From: Nitrospirota bacterium
GTDB lineage: Bacteria; Nitrospirota; JACRHJ01
Direction: 5' to 3'
Assembly (NCBI GenBank): GCA_963845245.1
Contig: CAWJRJ010000009.1
Span: 1-16,292 of the forward strand
DNA: 16,292 nucleotides
The notes beneath the pieces are model-generated. The model was not told the origin of the DNA. It saw nothing but the letters and a program-made list of their open reading frames with translations, and did no database searches. Positions 9,204 to 16,292 of the stretch are shown piece by piece (the first letter of the stretch is position 1; each line of letters starts with the position of its first letter). The translations under genes were made by a program, and so were the position numbers.

Positions 9204-9974
9204 ATGTTGCTGATTTTTCAAAAGATTGGAGCCTGGGTTTTGGACGGCCTGAGGGGGGTGGGACGGATGTTCACCTTCCTGGGAACGACTTTCTCCTGGA
9301 TATTTATCCCACCCTTGAAGTTCCGGAGGTTTATCCGGCAGGTAGGGTTCATCGGGGCGAGGAGTACGCCGCTGATAGTCCTGACAGGCGGGTTCACGGG
9401 GATGATCCTCAGCCTGATGATATATTATGCCCTCAGGAAGGTCGGCTCTGAGGCATATCTGGGTTCCGTGGTTGCGCTGTCGCTGATAAGGGAACTTGGG
9501 CCGGTTATCTCCGCGTTGATGATTACGGGCAGGGCCGGTTCCGCCCTTACGGCCGAGATCGGGATCATGCGGATAACCGAACAGGTGGACGCGCTCGAGT
9601 CGATGTCGCTGTCCCCTTTCCGCTACCTGATGGTGCCGAACCTGCTTGCGGGGATAATCTCGTTCCCGCTGCTGGCGTCGATATTCAACTCGGTAGGCAT
9701 TTACGGGGGCTACATCATCGGGGTGAAGCTTCTGGGCTTAAGCCCGGGTACTTATTTCTCCATGATGGAGAATATAGTCGAGATAAAGGACATAAGGGAC
9801 GGCTTGATCAAGTCGTTGTGTTTTGGTATAATTGTCATCTGGGTCAGCTGCTACCAGGGTTATTACACCAGGCATGGCGCGGAGGGTGTTAGCCGCGCCA
9901 CCACGACCGCCGTGGTGATGTCTTCCACCTTTGTGCTGATATGGGATTACTTCCTTGATACCCTGATGATTTAG
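9204..9974 (+). CDS. mlaE: MlaE-family (Ttg2B) ABC transporter permease
   Basis: IRELGPVISALMITGRAGSALTAEIGIMRITEQVDALESM and GAEGVSRATTTAVV signatures. ATG 9204 is preferred over TTG 9180. Confidence 0.92.
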   Translation: MLLIFQKIGAWVLDGLRGVGRMFTFLGTTFSWIFIPPLKFRRFIRQVGFIGARSTPLIVLTGGFTGMILSLMIYYALRKVGSEAYLGSVVALSLIRELGPVISALMITGRAGSALTAEIGIMRITEQVDALESMSLSPFRYLMVPNLLAGIISFPLLASIFNSVGIYGGYIIGVKLLGLSPGTYFSMMENIVEIKDIRDGLIKSLCFGIIVIWVSCYQGYYTRHGAEGVSRATTTAVVMSSTFVLIWDYFLDTLMI

Positions 9975-9989
9975 CCGGAAAGGCATGAG

Positions 9990-10733
9990 ATGATAGAGGT
10001 CAGTGGCCTGTGCAAGTCTTTCGACGGGCAGCAGGTCTTGAAGGGCGTGGATTTCAGGGTCGAAAAAGGGCAGGTCTTCTCCGTGATCGGGGGAAGCGGT
10101 CAGGGCAAGAGCGTGCTTTTAAAGCATCTGCTGGGACTTCTGAAGCCCACGGCCGGGCACGTATATGTCGACGGTGAGGATGTTACCGCTCTTTCGGGAC
10201 GGCCGCTCTACAGGCTAAGGGACCGTTTCGGATACCTTTTCCAGAGCGGGGCGTTGTTTGACTCGATGACCATCTTCGACAACGTCGCTTTTCCGCTCAG
10301 GGAAAAGACAAAGCTTAAGGGCAAAGAGATTGAAGAGATGGTCAACGAGGAGCTTGAAAAGGTCGGTCTTTCAGGGGTAGGCCACAAGTATCCGGCCGAC
10401 GTATCGGGCGGTATGAAAAAAAGGGCCGCCTTCGCGCGGGTACTGGTAATGAAGCCGGAGATAGTGCTTTTCGACGAGCCCACCACCGGGCTTGACCCCG
10501 TCCTGGTGAACTCGGTGCACAGGCTTATAAAATGGGGCAGGGACACGTACGGGTTCACTGCCGTAATTGTCAGCCACGAGATTCCGGAGATTTTCGACAT
10601 CTCCGACATGGTGGGTATGCTTTCCGGCGGCGTGATGGTGCAGGTAGGTACGCCGGAAGAGATAAAGAATTCGGATAAACCTGAGGTAAGAAGGTTTGTG
10701 CGGGGGATATCCGAAGATGCGAACGCGTTATAA
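9990..10733 (+). CDS. mlaF: MlaF-family ABC transporter ATP-binding protein
   Basis: Walker A GGSGQGKS, FQSGALFDSMTIFDNVAFPL, VSGGMKKR, LFDEPTTGLDP and H-loop VSH. Lies between mlaE and mlaD. Confidence 0.92.
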   Translation: MIEVSGLCKSFDGQQVLKGVDFRVEKGQVFSVIGGSGQGKSVLLKHLLGLLKPTAGHVYVDGEDVTALSGRPLYRLRDRFGYLFQSGALFDSMTIFDNVAFPLREKTKLKGKEIEEMVNEELEKVGLSGVGHKYPADVSGGMKKRAAFARVLVMKPEIVLFDEPTTGLDPVLVNSVHRLIKWGRDTYGFTAVIVSHEIPEIFDISDMVGMLSGGVMVQVGTPEEIKNSDKPEVRRFVRGISEDANAL

Positions 10734-10748
10734 AGGAGGCATTTCCGG

Positions 10749-11192
10749 ATGAGCAGCAGGTACAACCTCGAAGTACTGGTGGGCATTTTCGTTGTAGCGG
10801 GCCTGATAGCCCTGGGCTACCTTTCGATTAAGCTCGGGAAGCTTGAGGTTATCGGGAACAAGGGTTACGACGTGGTTGCCGAGTTCTCCAACGTCGGCGG
10901 GCTCAAGGCGGGCTCCACGGTTGAGATAGCGGGGGTCGATGTCGGCAGGGTGACAGACATCTCGCTCAAGGACTACCAGGCGCTGGTACGGATCAGGATG
11001 CAGCAGGACGTGAAGATCCAGGACGACGCGATCGCTTCGATAAAGACCAAGGGTTTGATCGGAGAGAAGTATGTGGCGCTTACCCCCGGAGGGTCTGACA
11101 AGATGGTCAAGGCTGGAGGCAGGATAAGGGAAACCGAGTCTGCCATAGATTTTGAAAGTTTGATTTCAAACTACATATTCGGCAAAGTCTGA
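10749..11192 (+). CDS. mlaD: MlaD-family single-MCE-domain protein
   Basis: N-terminal TM helix, FSNVGGLKAGSTVEIAGVDVGRV and IKTKGLIGEKYVALTPG. AAGGAGG SD upstream. Confidence 0.92.
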   Translation: MSSRYNLEVLVGIFVVAGLIALGYLSIKLGKLEVIGNKGYDVVAEFSNVGGLKAGSTVEIAGVDVGRVTDISLKDYQALVRIRMQQDVKIQDDAIASIKTKGLIGEKYVALTPGGSDKMVKAGGRIRETESAIDFESLISNYIFGKV

Positions 11193-11212
11193 CCGGCCGA
11201 TAGGAGGTAAGC

Positions 11213-12689
11213 ATGGGTTTTATACTAAAGAATTATCCCCTGAAGTCGCTCGTGCTGATATTCGTATTTACTGCGGTGCTTATGCCTGCGGCCGCATGGC
11301 CGGCCGAGAAGGCCGTGCTGAACCTCGACGATTGCATAAAAAGGGCGCTGAAGGTCAATGCGGAAGTGAGGGGCGCCGAGTTCGATGTCGAGATATACCG
11401 GAGCAAAAAGACCCAGGCGGACGCCGCGAGGTTCCCGCAGGTGGACCTTGTCGCGTATGGCAGCCTGTCGCCGCGCGCACGCTTGATAGACGCGCGTAAC
11501 GGGAATGTGGAGTCTTCCACCAACATAAACAAACCGTCGTATGACGGGGTCTTCGGCAGGACCGATGTACAGCTCATTCAGCCCTTGTATACCTTCGGCA
11601 AGATAGATGCTTATCGGGCTGCGGCAAGCCACGGAGTAGCCGCTTACGAGGCGGGAGCCAAACTTAAGGCCACGGAGGTCGAACTCCTCGTGAAGCAGGC
11701 ATACTTTGGCCTCCTGCTCGGGCGTGAACTCCAAGGGCTCCTGAGCGACATAAAAGACCAGCTCGACCGGGCGACCGAAAAGGTCCAGAAGCAGCTCGAC
11801 GCGGGAGCGCCTAACGTGGACCAGGTGGATCTTCTAAAGCTCCAGACCTACCAGAGCGAGCTTAAAAAGTACAAGGACGAGGCGGACGAGGGCACGAACA
11901 AGGCATACTACGGCCTCAAGCTCCTTGTCGGGCTGGAAGACGACAAGGATGAGCTTCAGATCACGGACGAGTACCTGGTCCCGGCTGACGTGAGCCTTGA
12001 AAACTTCGAAATCTACAGGGATGAGGCCATGAAGCAGAGGCTGGAGTTCATCCAGTTGAAAGAAGGGCTTGCTGCCAAGGGAAAACCTGATAAAGGCCGA
12101 ATATGCCGACTACTTCCCGCAGGTTTTCGTCGCGGTAATGTATTCCCTTGCCGGGTCCACAAACCGCGACCACCTGAACAACCCGTATATCACCGACGAT
12201 TTCAACCATGCATACGGCGGCGCGGTGCTGGGGTTTAAGTGGGGCATGGATTTCGGCATAAGGGGCGGCAAGGTATCTGAGGCCAAGGCGGAATATATGA
12301 AGCTCAAGATGAAGGAATGCTACGCCGAAGGCGGTGTGCCGTTCCAGGTGAAGGACGCATACCTGCAACTGGTACGCAGCACAGACGACATGAAATCGCT
12401 GATGAGCGCCTACCAGAGCGCAAAACAATGGGTCGTTGCCTCGGTTGCAAATTTCGACCTTGGCGTCGGAGAGGCCAGGGACATAGCCGATTCGGTCAAC
12501 GCATATGCCAGGATCAGGGCGGATTATTTCAGGGCGGTATTTAACCAGCGGATGGCTATTGCCAACCTGGACCACGCGACCGGGAAGGACGCCATTGATA
12601 TCCCATACACAGTAAGCCAGAACCCGATGGCAGACATGAAGAAGCTTGAGGCGGAGTATTGCGAAAAAATGAAGGTGGAGGGTAAGTGA
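11213..12689 (+). CDS. TolC-family outer membrane protein, split by a +1 frameshift at about 12077-12085
   Basis: Signal peptide, LNLDDCIKRALKVN, ARFPQVDL, QPLYTFGKI and VKQAYFGL (repeat 1). The +1 frame continues ADYFPQVF, VKDAYLQL, NFDLGVG and ANLDHATG (repeat 2). Deleting one base in AAGGGAAAA gives a 491-aa ORF. AGGAGGT SD at 11202-11208. Confidence 0.85.
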
Positions 12690-13318
12690 ACAAAATGTTA
12701 AAGTCAATTGTTTCAGCCGTAATTGTATCGCTGCTGTTGGCCTTTCCGGCCGTTTCTATGGCGGGCGCGCCGACCGACACCGTGAAGTCCACCGTGGACA
12801 AGGTCATCCAGACCCTTAAAGACCCCTCGCTTAAAGGGGCTGCAAAAGAGAAAGAAAAAAGGGCGAGGATCAGGTCAGCCGTTACCAACGTATTCGATTT
12901 CAGCGAGATGGCGAAGCGCTCGCTGGGCCAGTACTGGAAAGACAGGTCGGAATCCGAGAGGAAGGAGTTCGTCGACCTGTTCTCGGACCTGCTCGAGCGC
13001 TCGTACATAAACAAGATAGAGAGCTATTCGGACGAGAAGATAGTCTACGAAAAGGAGAGCGTAGAGGACGACTACGCCGTCGTCAAGACGAGGTTCATCA
13101 CAAAGAGACGTGAAGAGATACCGGTCGACTACAAGCTCATCAAGGAAGACGGCAAGTGGGGGGTGTACGACCTGGTTATTGAAAACGTCAGCCTCGTAAA
13201 CAACTACAGGACCCAGTTCAACAAGATAATAAGGACATCTTCCTTCCAGGAACTCGTAAGGAAGATGAAGAATAAATCCGAGTCTGAGGCCTTCGTATCG
13301 CCCGGCAAGGCTAAATAA
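12686..13318 (+). CDS. mlaC: MlaC/Ttg2D-family periplasmic lipid-binding protein (HpnM-like by context)
   Basis: Signal peptide, FDFSEMAKRSLGQYW and W.VYDLVIENVSLVNNYRTQF signature. GTG start overlaps the TolC-like stop (GTGA). Confidence 0.88.
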   Translation: MNKMLKSIVSAVIVSLLLAFPAVSMAGAPTDTVKSTVDKVIQTLKDPSLKGAAKEKEKRARIRSAVTNVFDFSEMAKRSLGQYWKDRSESERKEFVDLFSDLLERSYINKIESYSDEKIVYEKESVEDDYAVVKTRFITKRREEIPVDYKLIKEDGKWGVYDLVIENVSLVNNYRTQFNKIIRTSSFQELVRKMKNKSESEAFVSPGKAK

Positions 13319-13369
13319 GCTGTTTTTGAAGAAAGGCAGTCCCTTTAGAAAGAAAGCAGGAGGCAGTAA

Positions 13370-14368
13370 ATGCGGTTCCCAATGCAGTTGAACGTTTCGT
13401 TGACCAGTTATTTGATGAAGAAGAAGCTCAAAGGAGAGAAACGCTACCCCACGGTCCTGATGCTGGAGCCGCTCCACCTGTGCAACCTGGCGTGCATGGG
13501 CTGCGGCAGGATAAGGGAGTACAAGGATACGCTTCAGGACATGCTGACTCTGCAGGAGTGCGTTGACAAAGTAGTAGAGTGCGGCGCGCCGGTAGTATCG
13601 ATTTGCGGCGGGGAGCCGCTCATATACCCGGAAATCGGGCCGCTGGTAAAGAGGATACTTGAACTTAAAAGACATATCTACCTCTGCACCAATGCAGTCA
13701 AGCTCTCAGAGAGCCTTGACAAGTTTACTCCGTCCCCGTACCTTAATCTGAACCTGTCGATCGATGGGCTCGAGAAGACCCAGGAGGTGACCCGCGGGCG
13801 CAAGGGCATCTTCGACATACAGATGAAGGCCATATCCGACGCCAAGGCCAGGGGCTTCAGGGTGATAATAAATACCACTCTCTACAAGGAGTCGGAGGTC
13901 GGTGAGATAGAGGAACTCTTCGACAGGCTTACCGCGCTCAAGGTGGACGGTATACTCGTTACGCCGGGCTTCTCATACGGCGAGGTGAAGGGCGACATAT
14001 TCCTCGACAGGGAAGAGTCGATGAAGAAGTTCAAATACCTCTCGTCTCTCTCAAAAAAATACAGGTTCTTCAACACCCCGTTGTACATGCACTTCCTGGC
14101 CGGCGAGAGACACCTCGACTGTACTCCGTGGGGGAGCGTGACTGTCAACCCCCAGGGCTGGAAGGCCCCCTGCTACCTTATTACCGATCGTCATTACAAG
14201 ACCTTCAAAGAGATGATGGACAACGTCGACTGGGAGAAGTACGTAAAGCGGGCGGACCCGAGGTGCAAAAACTGCATGATGCATTCGGGTGTCGAGCCGA
14301 CGGCGGTGGAAGAGGTCGGTAAAAGCCTCAAAGACATAGTCGAGATAGTAAAATGGAACTTGACTTGA
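13370..14368 (+). CDS. hpnH: Adenosyl-hopene transferase HpnH (radical SAM)
   Basis: YPTVLMLEPLHLCNLACMGCGRI (CxxxCxxC), GAPVVSICGGEPL, CTPWG, GWKAPCYL and RCKNCMMHSGVEPTAV. AGGAGG SD, and adjacent to shc. Confidence 0.93.
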   Translation: MRFPMQLNVSLTSYLMKKKLKGEKRYPTVLMLEPLHLCNLACMGCGRIREYKDTLQDMLTLQECVDKVVECGAPVVSICGGEPLIYPEIGPLVKRILELKRHIYLCTNAVKLSESLDKFTPSPYLNLNLSIDGLEKTQEVTRGRKGIFDIQMKAISDAKARGFRVIINTTLYKESEVGEIEELFDRLTALKVDGILVTPGFSYGEVKGDIFLDREESMKKFKYLSSLSKKYRFFNTPLYMHFLAGERHLDCTPWGSVTVNPQGWKAPCYLITDRHYKTFKEMMDNVDWEKYVKRADPRCKNCMMHSGVEPTAVEEVGKSLKDIVEIVKWNLT

Positions 14369-14393
14369 CTCTGAACCCCTTTTCCAGTATAAT
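14365..14393 (+). promoter_or_regulatory. Near-consensus sigma70 promoter for shc
   Basis: TTGACT (14365-14370), 17-bp spacer, TATAAT (14388-14393). The -35 box overlaps the hpnH TGA stop. Confidence 0.72.
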
Positions 14394-14448
14394 TCATCAG
14401 AATGTCACCGTCTAAGATGGTGAAAAAACTATATTTTTGGGGGGAGGC

Positions 14449-16292
14449 ATGGAAGAGCACGTTGATGCCTTGTTTAAAAGCACCAATAAAATAAAAGATA
14501 AGGTTTCCCTTTCCAGGCTGGAGCGGGCGATCGACAAGGTGCGGAGGTACGTGCTGGGGATGCAGGACCCTGTAGAGGGTTTCTGGGTCGACCAGCTTGA
14601 GGCCGATGTCACTATACCTGCCGAATACCTCATGTTCCGCCGCTACATCGGCAGGATCGACCTCGGAAAGGAAGCGCGCCTCGTCAAATACATCCGCTCC
14701 ATCCAGATGGAGGACGGCGGCTGGTATCTTTACCGCGGCGGTCCGAGCGACCTCTCCGCAACGATAAAGGCCTATTTCGCTCTAAAGCTGGCCGGGGTAT
14801 CGACCGACGAGCCGTTCATGGCAAAGGCGCGCCGCAACATCCTTGACCGCGGCGGCGTCATAAATGCGAACGTATTCACCAAGATAACGCTCGCAATGTT
14901 CGGCCAGTACGACTGGGAAGGCGTCCCTTGCACGCCCGCCGAGATAATGCTTTTTCCCGGATGGTTTTATTCAAACATCTACCAGGTATCCTACTGGTCC
15001 AGGACCGTAATAATCCCGCTTCTCATAATATTCCACAAGAAGCCGGTATTCCAGGTCCCCGAAGGCCTTGGGATAGATGAACTCTTCGCAAGGCCCGAGC
15101 ACAGGACAGATCCGCGCCGGTATGACCTCCGCTTCAAGAGGGAGAAAGGATTTTTCAGCTGGAAGAACTTCTTCCTCGCGCTTGATTCCGGGCTCAGGCT
15201 CTACGAGAAGACATAGAAACGCCGCCCTGAGGGCAAAGGCCATAACCATGTCCTACAAGTGGATGGTCGAGAGGATGAAGGGCGAGGGCGGGCTTGGCGC
15301 CATATACCCGGCCATGGCCAACTCCGTCGTGGCGCTCAAATGCATGGGCCACCCCGATGGCGACCCGCTGCTTGAGCAGGCTATAAAGTCCATCGAGGAC
15401 CTGGAAGTCGAGCTCGAAGACGATTCAATGTACCTGCAGCCGTGCGTCTCGCCGTGCTGGGACACGCCGATCGCCATGAACGCCTTGCACGAATCAGGAC
15501 TCCGTCCTGACCACAGGGCATTCAGGGAGGCAACCGACTGGCTCTTCAAGAAGCAGACGTCCACCCGCGGCGACTGGAGGGTCAATGTCCCGGATGCCGA
15601 CCCCGGCGGATGGTATTTCCAGTTCGAGAACGAGTTTTACCCTGACAACGACGACACCAGCATGGTGCTCATCGCACTGCTCAAGGTAAGGGCGAACGAC
15701 GAAGATAAGAAACTTCGGCGCGTTACCGCCGCCTACGAGTGGCTTATAAACATGCAGTGCAGCGACGGCGGCTGGGGTTCGTTCGATAAGGACAACAACA
15801 AGCTGATATTGAACAACATACCGTTCGCCGACCACGGCGCACTTCTTGATCCGTCCACCGAAGACCTGACCGGGCGCGCACTCGAGATAATGGGCCTTAT
15901 GGGTCTGGACCTGACCTATCCCCCGGCGAAGGCAGCCTATGACTTCCTGCTCCGCAAGCAGGAAATCGACGGCTCCTGGTATGGCCGCTGGGGCGTCAAC
16001 TACATCTACGGGACATGGTCGGCCCTTGCCGGGCTGAAGCTCATCGGCGAGGACATGGACAAGGAGTACATACGCCGCGCGGTGCGCTGGCTGAAGAGCC
16101 GTCAGCACGAGGACGGTGGCTGGGGCGAGTCGTGCGACACATACCGCGACCCCTATGGCGAGGACTGGCCATCTACCGCCTCCCAGACCGCCTGGGCGCT
16201 TATAGGGCTGCTCTGCGCTGGAGAGGCGCAGTCGCCAGAGGTCAAAAAGGGGATCGAGTACCTCCTCTCCACACAAAAAGCGGGATTGCGTG
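14449..16292 (+). CDS. shc: Squalene-hopene cyclase, split by a +1 frameshift at about 15208-15213; 3' end beyond the window
   Basis: 5' frame has LEADVTIPAEY, Q.EDGGW, TIKAYFALK and SYWSRTVIIPL. The +1 frame (translated by hand, open from 15212 to the window end) has GGLGAIYPAMANS, QPCVSPCWDT, PGGWYFQFENEFYPDNDDT (DxDD motif starting at 15644), MQCSDGGWGSFD, DGSWYGRWGVNYIYGT and STASQTAWAL. GGAGG SD before ATG 14449. Confidence 0.93.

Noticed and set aside
12079..12090. G GGA AAA slippery heptamer as a programmed -1 frameshift site in the TolC-like gene
   Set aside because: A -1 shift reads ACC TGA and stops at once. The frame needed to complete the protein is +1.
13319..13369. Possible terminator between mlaC and hpnH
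   Set aside because: Only weak stems are present (e.g. AAAGG-cagtc-CCTTT), with no following U-tract.
10208..14633. Long minus-strand ORFs (10208-10786, 11225-11734, 12048-12707, 12875-13675 and others)
   Set aside because: They overlap confidently assigned plus-strand genes, show no family motifs, and are expected from codon bias.
15208..15216. Stop-codon readthrough or a programmed shifty stop at the shc TAG
   Set aside because: The homologous sequence continues in a different frame, so readthrough does not help. ACA to CAT offers no tRNA re-pairing for a +1 shift.
15494..16276. 260-aa minus-strand ORF (and 15253-15585)
   Set aside because: Antisense shadow of the Shc catalytic domain on the plus strand, with no recognisable motifs.
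1..16292. CRISPR array, tRNA/rRNA, IS or prophage genes
   Set aside because: No regularly spaced repeats, RNA-gene signatures, or transposase or integrase motifs were seen. Intergenic spaces are all under about 180 nt.

Overview
Cell-envelope and lipid-trafficking region from a diderm bacterium. From left to right: a small hypothetical gene; a GC-rich palindromic (REP/BoxC-like) element; a minus-strand yhiI-rbbA-yhhJ-type ABC export cassette (HlyD adaptor, RbbA fused ATPase/permease, ABC-2 permease); a DUF4149-like membrane protein and a secreted NlpC/P60-like (DUF1460-type) amidase; lptF-lptG on the minus strand; and, divergent from lptF, a tightly packed mlaE-mlaF-mlaD-TolC-like-mlaC/hpnM run followed directly by the hopanoid genes hpnH and shc (shc runs off the window end). 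The most interesting feature is this MCE/Mla-type ABC system, which has a TolC-family protein but no MlaA or MlaB in view and sits next to hopanoid biosynthesis genes. It is a candidate hopanoid or lipid transport route. Three genes (rbbA, TolC-like, shc) are each split by one extra base (+1 frameshift), most simply explained as sequencing or assembly insertion errors. Four sigma70-type promoters with 17-bp spacers are readable, and two of them imply leaderless or near-leaderless mRNAs.
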